A stretch of 64,000 bases of DNA from Patescibacteria group bacterium (GCA_004322205.1 SCSN01000008.1:18370-82369), one strand, 5' to 3'. Numbered from the stretch's first letter, positions 20,119-28,543 are shown. A program made the numbers and translations. The notes: a model not told the origin generated them from the sequence alone.

Positions 20119-20535
20119 TTGTACTTACACATGAAAACTCCTTATGTATTGGTGGTTTTGACGATTGCGGCGCTCGTTGCCCTAAGTATTTTTCTCTTTG
20201 TCTATGATGTTGGTCTTGCCAGTGAGTCGTTTGCCAAGAGAGTTTTTTACAAAGCCTTGTTTAACTATGAAAGCGGAGATTGCGAAATCTTTGAAAAACT
20301 TATTCTCAACAAAAATCTTGTCACTAATTGTCTGCGCCGCAAGGAATCAGTTCAGAAACCCCTGCAGGAGCAGTTCGTATTTGGGGAAAACCTCTCTGTT
20401 CTTTCGGTTACCGATGACCGGGCGGAGATGGAAGCCGATTTTATTGACAACCGTGGAGCAAGTACTTCTCACGCCCGTTACGTTCTTGAGAGAGTTGAGG
20501 GAAGATGGTATGTGGCTGATATTGCTGAATATTGA
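20119..20535 (+). CDS. hypothetical membrane-anchored protein
   Basis: N-terminal TM, no recognisable motif. Confidence 0.45.
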   Translation: MYLHMKTPYVLVVLTIAALVALSIFLFVYDVGLASESFAKRVFYKALFNYESGDCEIFEKLILNKNLVTNCLRRKESVQKPLQEQFVFGENLSVLSVTDDRAEMEADFIDNRGASTSHARYVLERVEGRWYVADIAEY

Positions 20536-20537
20536 GA

Positions 20538-21536
20538 CTAGGAAAGTGCTTTCGGCTGGTAATTCTCCGGTGCTTCCCGCACGATGCGCTCTATCTCCTC
20601 GCGAGAGAGAAGCCCGCGTTGGGCGCCGATATACTGCACAACAGACATGGCATTGACCGGCGCCCAGCGGAGGGCTTCTTCGACGTTCTTTCCTAGCGCT
20701 AGTGCGGCGGTGAAAGTTGAGGAAAAGGCATCGCCTGCCCCGGTTCGCTCAAAGGGGGGCTTGGGATCGGGATAGGGAGGCATAAAGAGAGTGCGCTCGC
20801 CATCGTAGCTATAGGCTCCTTTCGGTCCGTCAGTGATGACGACGAGCTTCGACCCCAAGCTGCGCAATTTCTCAAGAAGGGGGGCGATGTTCACTTCCTC
20901 AATAATGCCCAGGATCCGTTTTGCTTCGTCAACATTACAGAAAAGAACTTCAGCGTGCTTGTAGAGCTCACCAAGCCGTGAGGTGCCGAGTTTTATTTGA
21001 AATGTGCCCGGTTGAAAGGCGAGTTTGATAGTCGGATGCGCCGCCAAGTAACCGATAATTTCCTCGTGGTACGAGAGCGAGCTCGGTCCTAGTGAGGAGA
21101 GATAGATCCAAGCCGGCGTTCCAAAGTCCGGAAGCTTGTAGGCGAACTCCTGATGCTTAACTAAAATGGTGCGCTCGTCTTCGTACCAGAGCACGTAATG
21201 ATAGTTGGTTTCTTTGTGGCGGTGAGCAGTCATAAATTCAAGAGCGACACTGTTTCGCTTCAGGGTGGCGAGGCATTCGCCGCCGTTTTGGTCGTCGCCA
21301 ACATTAGCGACGAGCCCCGAGCGAAGCCCCAACCGCGCCGCTGCCACCGCAGCGTTAGGGCTATTGCCGACTGCCTGAACTACTTCCACAAATTCATAAG
21401 GAACTTTGTCGCCGAAGGAAACGCAGAGTTTGCATTTTTCGCGGTTGACGTCGCAGAAGACACTGGCGTCCTTGAGGCGAATGAACGCATCGGTGGTGAT
21501 GTCGCCGATGGCGACGAGGTCATAGTCTTTTGGCAT
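20538..21536 (-). CDS. PfkB-family carbohydrate kinase (ribokinase-like)
   Basis: N-terminal VAIGDITTD and C-terminal TGAGDAFSSTF motifs. Start trimmed to MPKDYDL. Confidence 0.85.
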   Translation of the reverse strand: MPKDYDLVAIGDITTDAFIRLKDASVFCDVNREKCKLCVSFGDKVPYEFVEVVQAVGNSPNAAVAAARLGLRSGLVANVGDDQNGGECLATLKRNSVALEFMTAHRHKETNYHYVLWYEDERTILVKHQEFAYKLPDFGTPAWIYLSSLGPSSLSYHEEIIGYLAAHPTIKLAFQPGTFQIKLGTSRLGELYKHAEVLFCNVDEAKRILGIIEEVNIAPLLEKLRSLGSKLVVITDGPKGAYSYDGERTLFMPPYPDPKPPFERTGAGDAFSSTFTAALALGKNVEEALRWAPVNAMSVVQYIGAQRGLLSREEIERIVREAPENYQPKALS

Positions 21537-21610
21537 GCGTAAATTATACCAGTAATGAACAACTGACAACAAACAACATCAATTCTAAATTAAAGAACTC
21601 TGGTTGTTGG

Positions 21611-21640
21611 TTGTAAGTTGTTGGTTGTAAGTTAGAATAT
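21611..21640 (+). repeat. tandem duplication of the GTTGTTGGTTGTAAGT motif upstream of fba
   Basis: ttggttgtaagttgttggttgtaagt contains a -35-like TTGTAA, then 16 nt, then TAGAAT, then 6 nt to the GTG start. Related copies occur at 12371, 16901, 28966 and inverted at 42441. Confidence 0.5.
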
Positions 21641-21644
21641 AGCT

Positions 21645-22514
21645 GTGAAAACTCTGCGCGACCATATTGCCGAAGCTGAAAATAAGCACACTGCGCTCGG
21701 CCACTTCAATATCGGGAACATCGAGGGGCTTTGGGCGATTGCCCGTGCCGCCAAAGCCGTCGGCGTGCCGGTCATTATCGGCGTCTCGGAGGGGGAGAGA
21801 GATTTTCTCGGCGTGCGGCAAGTCAGAGCCCTAGTAACTAGTGTTGCCGAGCAGCTCGGTTATCCCATCTTTCTCAACGCCGACCACACCTATTCGCTCG
21901 AGAAAATCAAAGAAGCGGTCGATGCCGGATTCGACTGCGTCATCATTGACGGCGCTAAACTTTCCTTTGAAGAGAATGTCAAAATTACCAAAGAAGCAGT
22001 CGAGTATGCCCGAGCCAAAAATCCTCATGTGCTTGTCGAAGGAGAGATTGGTTACATTGGCCAATCTTCGCAGCTTTTGGAGACGATTCCTCCGGGCGTC
22101 GCGCTCGATCCGGCCTCCCTTACTTCTCCGGAAGAAGCGAAGAAATTTGTTTCTCTAACCGGCATTGACCTCTTGGCGCCGGCTGTCGGCAATATCCACG
22201 GCATGCTCAAGGGAGGAGATGAGCCGAGCATTGATGTCAAGCGTGTTGCCGCTATCCGGGGAGAAGCAGGTATTCCGCTCGTTCTCCACGGCGGCTCGGG
22301 TAATTCCGACGAAGATTTTCTCAAGGCCATCAAGGCCGGAATCTCAATCATTCACATAAATACCGAGCTGCGGGTGGCTTTTCGCGATGCTGTCAAAAAG
22401 TCGCTCCAAGATGACCCGGACGAAGTGGCACCCTATAAAATCATGAAACCGGCGGTGCAAGCAATGCAGAAACTTGTTGAGCAGAAACTCAAACTATTTT
22501 CCGGACTCTCCTAA
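21645..22514 (+). CDS. fba: class II fructose-bisphosphate (ketose-bisphosphate) aldolase
   Basis: ALGHFNIGNIEGL... and the HG..G and zinc-His blocks of class II aldolases. GTG start, leaderless-like. Confidence 0.9.
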   Translation: MKTLRDHIAEAENKHTALGHFNIGNIEGLWAIARAAKAVGVPVIIGVSEGERDFLGVRQVRALVTSVAEQLGYPIFLNADHTYSLEKIKEAVDAGFDCVIIDGAKLSFEENVKITKEAVEYARAKNPHVLVEGEIGYIGQSSQLLETIPPGVALDPASLTSPEEAKKFVSLTGIDLLAPAVGNIHGMLKGGDEPSIDVKRVAAIRGEAGIPLVLHGGSGNSDEDFLKAIKAGISIIHINTELRVAFRDAVKKSLQDDPDEVAPYKIMKPAVQAMQKLVEQKLKLFSGLS

Positions 22515-22515
22515 T

Positions 22516-24144
22516 ATGCGCCAGGAGCTTGAGCGAATTCTTGAGGGAAGAGTGGCTGACGATGAGACAACACTTGCAACCTACAGCCGCGACGCCAGTC
22601 TCTGCGAAGTCAAACCGCACCTCGTTGTTTTTCCCAGAGGCAGTGAAGACATTCAAAAGTTGGTGCGGTTTGTGTCAGAGCGTAAGACAAATGATCCAAC
22701 TCTCTCCATCACTGCACGTGCCGCCGGCAGCTGCATGTCGGGAGGACCGCTCGGTGAATCTATCATTCTCGACACCAGTCGCTACATGAGGGGAGTACCC
22801 AGCTTTGATGGATCAGTCGCCGAAGTTTTGCCGGGAACTTTTTATCGCGATTTTGAAAAAGAGACCTTGAGGCGAGGCCTTATCTTACCTTGCTATACCG
22901 CCTCAAAGGACCTCTGCGCTCTCGGCGGGATGATTGGCAACAATGCGGCGGGAGAAAAGACTCTTCGCTACGGCAAAATGGAGGATTATGTTGAGTCGCT
23001 TTCGGTAGTTTTTTCAGACGGCAACGAATATGAAGTCAGACTGCTCTCAAGTGGCGAGCTGAAACGCAAAATCTCTCAAAATGATTTTGAAGCAGAGATT
23101 TATCGTAAGGTCTTTGCGCTGATAGAAGAAAATCGGGAAGAAATTGAGCGCGCTCGCCCCAAGGTCTCAAAGAATTCGGCTGGCTACTATCTCTGGAATG
23201 TTTGGGACGGGCAAACTTTCAATCTGGTGAAGCTCTTGGTCGGCTCTCAAGGCACGCTTGGCATTGTGACGCGCGCCCGGCTTCGTCTGGTGCCGGTGAC
23301 TAAACACTCTCGGCTCTTTGTTATTTTTCTCAAGGACCTCTCTTGCTTAAGCGAGCTTGTCAACATCATCTTACGTTTCCGGCCGGAGTCGCTGGAGAGT
23401 TATGACGACTCCACTCTGCGGCTGGCGGTTCGCTTCTTCCCAGAAATGGTTGGTCTTATGAAGGGAGGGCTTGTCAAGCTGCTCTGGAGCTTTCTTCCCG
23501 AGATTGCCATGGTTTTAACCGGCGGCGTGCCGAAACTTGTGCTTCTCGCCGAGTTTACGGGCGAAACAAACGAGGCTATTGAGCGCACCATGCATACTCT
23601 CGAGAACACTTTACTTGTCTATAAACTGCAGATGCATGTCACTAAGACCGAGGATGAGGCGGGAAAGTACTGGACAATTCGGCGGCAGAGCTTTAATCTC
23701 TTGCGCCGTCACATCCGCGGCAAGCGCACCGCCCCTTTCGTTGACGATGTGGTGGTTGATCCCAAATATCTTCCGGAGTTTCTGCCGAGAATGAGAGCGA
23801 TTTTGGATGAATACAAACTTGTCTATACCATAGCCGGCCATGCCGGCAACGGCAATTTTCACATCATTCCGCTTATGGATATGCGCGACTGCCGCAACGT
23901 CTCTATTATTCTCGAAGTTTCTGACAAGGTCTATGATTTGGTCGCCCGCTACGGCGGCTCAATCACCGCCGAGCACAATGACGGCATCATTCGCACGCCG
24001 TATTTGGGGAAAATGTTTTCTCCGAAAATGCTCGAGCTTTTTGCCGAAGTAAAAAACATCTTCGACCCGCGGAACATCTTTAATCCTGGCAAAAAGGTTG
24101 GCGGTTCAGTCGAGTATTTGAAAGAGCATATATCAGGAAAATAG
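22516..24144 (+). CDS. FAD-linked oxidase (FAD_binding_4 / GlcD-D-lactate dehydrogenase-like)
   Basis: Start at the ATG 1 nt after the fba stop. PCMH-type FAD-binding blocks in the N-terminal half and an FAD-oxidase C-terminal domain. Confidence 0.8.
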   Translation: MRQELERILEGRVADDETTLATYSRDASLCEVKPHLVVFPRGSEDIQKLVRFVSERKTNDPTLSITARAAGSCMSGGPLGESIILDTSRYMRGVPSFDGSVAEVLPGTFYRDFEKETLRRGLILPCYTASKDLCALGGMIGNNAAGEKTLRYGKMEDYVESLSVVFSDGNEYEVRLLSSGELKRKISQNDFEAEIYRKVFALIEENREEIERARPKVSKNSAGYYLWNVWDGQTFNLVKLLVGSQGTLGIVTRARLRLVPVTKHSRLFVIFLKDLSCLSELVNIILRFRPESLESYDDSTLRLAVRFFPEMVGLMKGGLVKLLWSFLPEIAMVLTGGVPKLVLLAEFTGETNEAIERTMHTLENTLLVYKLQMHVTKTEDEAGKYWTIRRQSFNLLRRHIRGKRTAPFVDDVVVDPKYLPEFLPRMRAILDEYKLVYTIAGHAGNGNFHIIPLMDMRDCRNVSIILEVSDKVYDLVARYGGSITAEHNDGIIRTPYLGKMFSPKMLELFAEVKNIFDPRNIFNPGKKVGGSVEYLKEHISGK

Positions 24145-24248
24145 AGCCTAAAAATAGGAGTAGATTTGGGCACATAATTCTATTAACAAACTATAAGTTT
24201 GGGTGTATGATGTTAAGTAGGTAGAACCTTGAGAAAGCTACTTGTATT

Positions 24249-24299
24249 TATGTACAGCTTTGAGAGTGGTTCCTCGAACTTCTTTCCAAGCTGTACATA
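24249..24299. promoter_or_regulatory. nested palindrome (12-bp arms TATGTACAGCTT/AAGCTGTACATA enclosing GTTCCTCGAAC), candidate operator
   Basis: Perfect 12-bp inverted arms separated by 27 bp that themselves contain the GTTC-CTC-GAAC palindrome. Lies about 70 nt upstream of the GC-rich ORF at 24367. Confidence 0.35.
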
Positions 24300-24366
24300 A
24301 CAGGCCCGCTCTAGGTCCCGGCATTTGGTCGGAGCTTACGGGTGAGCCACAAACAAGGAGAAAGTC

Positions 24367-24984
24367 ATGACCGCCAAGGCCGTGACAACCGCGCAGTTAG
24401 AGCAGATCCGCAAGATGGCGAAGGAGAAGGGCGTCAGCCGCGACCAGTTCCAGCTGGGGCTCGACAACGGAATGTTCGCACGCACCCTCGACGAGCTCAT
24501 CGTCGGCAAGGTGACGGAAACACCAACGGGCCTCTTCCGCCTCGCCGTGGACTGGGGTCGGACGACCGAGGAGATGGTCCGGGCGTGCCAGTACGACTGT
24601 GCCAACCCGGATATCACCGAGGAACACTTCCCCCGGCCGCGCACGAGCGGCGTCGTGAAGGGCGACTACAAGCTCTTTCACTTCAACCGCAATATCTCAT
24701 CGGACCAGGCTGTCCGCGAGATACGCGCCGAGGGCTTCGAGCTTACCGGAGCGCACGAGATCCTCGTCTTCAGGGAGAAGTTCCCCGAGGAGCAGCGGAA
24801 GTTCACCATCGTTGGCCTCGGCGATCCCCTCTGGCGGCGGGACCGGTACGGCTACCGGCACGTGGTTGTGCTCCGCAGGCACGAGGCGCGCCGCTCCGCT
24901 GACCTGACCCTCTGGGAGGTCGTCTGGCCTCCGCTCTACCGCTTCCTCGCCCGTCGCCTGCCTGCCGGACAGGCAGGCAAGTAG
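24367..24984 (+). CDS. hypothetical protein (GC-rich ORFan with canonical SD)
   Basis: 205 aa, AAGGAG 5 nt upstream, very GC-rich by eye, followed by its own terminator. I see no recognisable domain. Confidence 0.5.
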   Translation: MTAKAVTTAQLEQIRKMAKEKGVSRDQFQLGLDNGMFARTLDELIVGKVTETPTGLFRLAVDWGRTTEEMVRACQYDCANPDITEEHFPRPRTSGVVKGDYKLFHFNRNISSDQAVREIRAEGFELTGAHEILVFREKFPEEQRKFTIVGLGDPLWRRDRYGYRHVVVLRRHEARRSADLTLWEVVWPPLYRFLARRLPAGQAGK

Positions 24985-25030
24985 GACCTGGGTCCTAGGA
25001 AAACGGAGCTTCTGGAATTCTAGACCCTCG

Positions 25031-25062
25031 GCCCGCGTGTCTAACGATGCGCGGGCTTTTGC
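25031..25062 (+). terminator. rho-independent terminator
   Basis: GCCCGCG-loop-CGCGGGC followed by TTTTGCT. Confidence 0.6.
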
Positions 25063-25092
25063 TATGTAAGAGCTTTAAAATCTCCTAAAATT

Positions 25093-25120
25093 TTGATTTC
25101 TATAACTTTATCTGTATAAT
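25093..25120 (+). promoter_or_regulatory. promoter of rplY (TTGATT-16-TATAAT), leaderless-type
   Basis: -35 at 25093-25098, -10 at 25115-25120, ATG at 25129. Confidence 0.5.
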
Positions 25121-25128
25121 ACTCCGGC

Positions 25129-25815
25129 ATGTTGGAACTTCAGGTTGAAAAGAGAGAAAAAGCAGGAAAAGTCGAAGGATTGCGCCGAGGAGGCGTGATG
25201 CCGGCAGTTCTCTATGGTAAAAAACAATCCTCGATACCAATTTCAATTTCCTACCGTGATTTTTTGAAGGTTTGGAAGAAGGCGGGAGAGTCGGCGGTGG
25301 TGACGCTCAAGGAGAAGGACGGGAAAACCTTTGACGCCCTGATTCACGATGTTGATATTGATCCGGTAACGGGAAGCCCGCGCCACGCGGACTTTTATGT
25401 TTTTGAAGCGGGACACAGGGTGAGAGTGTCGGTGCCTCTTGAATTCGTAGGTGTTGCCCCCGGCGTAAAAGACCACGGCGGTCTCTTGGTAAAAGTTTTG
25501 CACGAGTTTAAAGTTGAAGCGATGCCAAAAGATTTGCCGGTTCAGCTTGAAGTGGACATCTCCAAACTTGAAGCTATCGGCAATCAACTGCTCGCCAAAG
25601 ATATTGCTATGCCTGCCGGTGTAACAGCGCTTGAAAGTCCAGATGAGATCACGGCACTCGTTGCCGAGCCGAAGAAAGAGAAGGAAGAAGCTCCCGCCGA
25701 GCCGGTTGATCTCTCTGCTATTGAAGTTGAGAAGAAGGGAAAGGAAAAAGAAGGAGAGGAGGAGACAGCTCCAGGGAAAGCCTCAGGAGAAGTGGCAAAA
25801 AAAGCAGAGAAGTGA
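25129..25815 (+). CDS. rplY: ribosomal protein L25 / general stress protein Ctc
   Basis: MLELQVEKREKAGK...GGVMPAVLYG...HDVDIDPVTG pattern, with an acidic and lysine-rich C-terminal tail. Confidence 0.9.
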   Translation: MLELQVEKREKAGKVEGLRRGGVMPAVLYGKKQSSIPISISYRDFLKVWKKAGESAVVTLKEKDGKTFDALIHDVDIDPVTGSPRHADFYVFEAGHRVRVSVPLEFVGVAPGVKDHGGLLVKVLHEFKVEAMPKDLPVQLEVDISKLEAIGNQLLAKDIAMPAGVTALESPDEITALVAEPKKEKEEAPAEPVDLSAIEVEKKGKEKEGEEETAPGKASGEVAKKAEK

Positions 25816-25832
25816 GTTATTTGCAGGAAAGA

Positions 25833-25860
25833 AAAGACGGCGCAAGCCGTCTTTTCTTTA
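25833..25860 (+). terminator. rho-independent terminator after rplY
   Basis: AAGACGGC-GCAA-GCCGTCTT followed by TTCTTTAT. Confidence 0.65.
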
Positions 25861-25877
25861 TGTCTATTGCCAGTACT

Positions 25878-25886
25878 TGGTATAAT
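25878..25886 (+). promoter_or_regulatory. extended -10 (TGGTATAAT)
   Basis: TGnTATAAT 15 nt upstream of the ATG at 25901. Confidence 0.4.
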
Positions 25887-25900
25887 TGAAAGCACGCCGT

Positions 25901-27304
25901 ATGACCAATACTCGCCAACGCGCCGTGGTGAAACTTGCGCCTTTGTTTCTGTTCATTCTCTCTCTTCTCTTTCTGCCGTTTGTTTCTTCTGCCCAGACCC
26001 TGACAGAGCAGCGGATTGCCGACCAAGAAACGAAACTCCGCGCCGAATACGACGCTCTCCAGAAAGAAATCGAGAAGTGGCAGGGGATTCTCACTGAAAC
26101 ACAGAAAAAGGCAAGCACCTTGCAAGGTGATATTTCCTTTTTGAACGCCAAAATCAAGGAGGCGGAGCTTACCATCAAAGCAAAAAACATTGCCATCGGG
26201 CAACTGGCTAAGGAAATCGGAGTCAAGACCAAAAAAATTGGTGAACTTGAGGGGAAGCTCGCGCGGGGCAGGCAGTCCCTCGCTGAACTCATCCGCAAGA
26301 CCAATGAACTCGATTCATATTCGCTGCCCGAAGCAATTCTTACGAATAAAGATCTTTCCGAGTTCTTTAAAGATTTTGATTCATATTTGTCGATTAAGAG
26401 TGCTCTGCAAGAGCATTTTGCTGAAGTTCGGCAAGTTAAAAAACAGACCGAAGCGGAACGGGAGCAACTTGACGTCAAAAAAAATCAGGAGACTGACGCC
26501 AAGTATGTAGTGGAGAGCCGCAAGAAAGTCATCGGTCAAAGCCAGAAAGAAAAAACGCAGCTGCTTACCGTAACAAAGCAAGAAGAAAAAACCTATCAGA
26601 CGGTTTTGGCTGAACGACAGAAGCGGGCGGCGCAAATCCGAGCGGCGCTCTTCCGTCTTCGCGACACTGAAGGCATTCCTTTCGGCAAAGCTCTCGAGTA
26701 TGCAGGCCTTGCTTCCTCAAAAACAGGTGTTCGGCCGGCTCTTATTCTCGCCATTCTTTCGCAGGAGTCCGACTTAGGAAAAAACCAGGGCTCCTGCATT
26801 CTCTCAAGTCTTACGACTGGCGATGGAGTAGGGAAGAATACGGGCACATTTTTTGAAAAAGTTATGAAAGCGCCGCGCGACACGGAGCCGTTTGAGAACA
26901 TTACCAAACAGCTGGGGAGGGAATGGACCTTGACGCCAGTTTCTTGTCCGCCCGGGACGACATATTCCACGAGCCGCGGCTACGGCGGCGGCATGGGCCC
27001 CTCGCAGTTCATCCCCTCCACCTGGGAGCTCTTCAAGGAGCGCATTGGGAGTATTATCGGACTCGGTGCTGACAGCCTTGATCCTTGGAATCCGGAGCAT
27101 TCGTTCGTGGCGACGGCAATTTATCTCTCTGATTTGGGGGCGGCTGGCGACGGGTATTCGGCGGAGCGCAATGCGGCCTGCAAATATTATTCCGGCGCCT
27201 CTTGCCGAGCGGGGCGCAAGCCACCCAATGTTTTTTACGGCGATTCAGTGATGCAGAAAGCGGAGGAGATACAAAGTAATATCGACTTTTTGAAGGGGGT
27301 TTAA
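25901..27304 (+). CDS. secreted coiled-coil protein with C-terminal lytic transglycosylase (MltB-like) domain
   Basis: Signal peptide, long heptad-rich region, then LAILSQESDLG (catalytic Glu) and GGGMGPSQFIPSTW, which is characteristic of MltB-family transglycosylases. Confidence 0.6.
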   Translation: MTNTRQRAVVKLAPLFLFILSLLFLPFVSSAQTLTEQRIADQETKLRAEYDALQKEIEKWQGILTETQKKASTLQGDISFLNAKIKEAELTIKAKNIAIGQLAKEIGVKTKKIGELEGKLARGRQSLAELIRKTNELDSYSLPEAILTNKDLSEFFKDFDSYLSIKSALQEHFAEVRQVKKQTEAEREQLDVKKNQETDAKYVVESRKKVIGQSQKEKTQLLTVTKQEEKTYQTVLAERQKRAAQIRAALFRLRDTEGIPFGKALEYAGLASSKTGVRPALILAILSQESDLGKNQGSCILSSLTTGDGVGKNTGTFFEKVMKAPRDTEPFENITKQLGREWTLTPVSCPPGTTYSTSRGYGGGMGPSQFIPSTWELFKERIGSIIGLGADSLDPWNPEHSFVATAIYLSDLGAAGDGYSAERNAACKYYSGASCRAGRKPPNVFYGDSVMQKAEEIQSNIDFLKGV

Positions 27305-27337
27305 AAGAGCTTCTTAGCTAGTTAGCTTATTAGAAAC

Positions 27338-27379
27338 TGCACACCAAAAAATGGCTCAAAAGAGCCATTTTTTGGTGTG
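27338..27379. terminator. bidirectional intrinsic terminator (19-bp perfect arms)
   Basis: GCACACCAAAAAATGGCTC-AAAA-GAGCCATTTTTTGGTGTGC. Confidence 0.7.
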
Positions 27380-27403
27380 CAGGCAAAGAAAATGCAAAAA
27401 TTA

Positions 27404-27431
27404 TTGACAGAAAACACTGATATGCTATAAT
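27404..27431 (+). promoter_or_regulatory. consensus promoter TTGACA-16-TATAAT
   Basis: TTGACA at 27404-27409 and TATAAT at 27426-27431. No ORF follows, only a GC-rich structured region. Confidence 0.5.
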
Positions 27432-27437
27432 TAGTTG

Positions 27438-27795
27438 GAGATCAGTTCGGGGAGGTAAGTAAGCCGCAAGGCCGAAATTCCCCTTCGAGCGTAAGTCCTT
27501 AGGTTGCTCTATTCGTCGGAGCGCCGGGCAGCAAGGTGGGGTCCTCTCTTCTAACGGTGCGTTTGTGTAGGAGATGGTAAGTTATCGGCCTGACGCGGCA
27601 GCCGGTTCGGCGCCCGCGCCCAGTGCGTCCAGCCTAACAAAGAGGGCGGGACGGATGAACGGAGCCCCCGCGGGGCACATCCTCTGGAGTGTATCGTTCC
27701 ACTCCCCGGTAACTAGCCAAGTCTAGACTCTCCCACGCAAACGTGCTGGGGCCTCGTCGCAGTCGTAGTTGACCGCGGCGGGGCCTCTTTGTTTT
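27438..27795 (+). ncRNA. candidate structured ncRNA of about 360 nt (GC-rich; identity unresolved)
   Basis: Sits between a consensus promoter and a GC hairpin plus T-tract (GGGGCCTC...CTTTGTTTTTATT). Contains many GNRA-closed hairpins such as GCC-GCAA-GGC. No credible ORF in any frame. Confidence 0.35.
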
Positions 27796-27873
27796 TATTA
27801 TATTCTGTATTGTGCTTTACTGTCACTGTACTAGAGTACTAGAAATTTAATATCTTAATATCCCAGCAGTAGT

Positions 27874-27901
27874 CTTAGTATATCATATATGATGCATTAA
27901 G
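27874..27901. repeat. palindrome family member 1 (CTTAGTATATCATATATGATGCATTAAG, imperfect)
   Basis: Shares the ATCATATATGAT core with the copies at 28518 and 32649. Confidence 0.5.
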
Positions 27902-28069
27902 AAACTCGCAAGAAACTGGCTGTTAGGCGAGTTTTTAGCTTTTGGTTCCAAATTGAAACTATTGAAACTACTGCCTCTTGCTTCCATGACTTATGTTTTC
28001 GCCGCGTCTCCGCTTTTTACACCTTCTCCTTGACAGGCGTCTTTGGGTTGCTATGGTTGGACTAGAGGC

Positions 28070-28416
28070 TCTTGTGCGCCGTGTGAGCAGAAGGGTCAGT
28101 GACTGCGGACGGAGAACTTCAGCGCGTCTCTCCTGGGCACCGGCGCACACAAAAAGACTGGGCAACAGCAGTCTAAGAGCTCATAACCCCGATGGTTGTG
28201 GTGTTCTCGCACCCGTTGTCCAGCCACAATCGTGCTTGTGTCTCGCACACTTTCTTGGGCGAAAGACAATGCGACTCTTGCTTCGGCGAGGGGGGAATGT
28301 AGGTATGGACGGAGCAGTTCCAGCCCAGCGTGGCGCTCGCCACGCACTCCAGGCTTACAAAACCAGCACAGGCATGGACCCCCACGCACGCCACCGTGGG
28401 GGTCTGTCTTTTTCTG
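28070..28416 (+). ncRNA. second candidate GC-rich non-coding transcript (about 350 nt)
   Basis: Weak promoter (TTGACA-16-TATGGT at 28030-28063) and a strong terminator (GACCCCCACG...CGTGGGGGTC plus TGTCTTTTTCTG, 28378-28416). The only ORFs are Arg/Ser-rich overlapping pairs on both strands, typical of non-coding GC-rich DNA. Confidence 0.25.
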
Positions 28417-28517
28417 TCGGGGTGCAGGGCTTTCGGCAAGGTTTGAACGTAAAGATCGAAGCGCGAAAATTTCGCGGGAAACACAGAAAAAGCAAGAAAC
28501 CATGAAACTCTCCTTTC

Positions 28518-28543
28518 TTAGTCTATCATATATGATAGACTAA
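28518..28543. repeat. palindrome family member 2 (TTAGTCTATCATATATGATAGACTAA, perfect 26 bp)
   Basis: Perfect palindrome about 100 nt upstream of rpmE. Confidence 0.55.

Noticed and set aside
27438-27795. Attempted assignment of the 360-nt RNA as RNase P RNA or tmRNA
   Set aside because: I could not find the invariant P4/CR-I block (GGAAAGUCCGG) or its 3' partner. I could not find a tRNA-like T-loop/CCA end or a tag-peptide reading frame ending in a hydrophobic ALAA-like tail. A weak resemblance of the 5' end to an SRP Alu-domain was not backed by a recognisable domain IV. The call is left as an unclassified ncRNA candidate.
27993-28505. Overlapping 170-aa (+) and 135-aa (-) ORFs in the GC-rich stretch
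   Set aside because: They are mutually antisense and Arg/Ser/Gly-rich, with no RBS. I treated the region as non-coding, a candidate structured RNA, rather than protein-coding.
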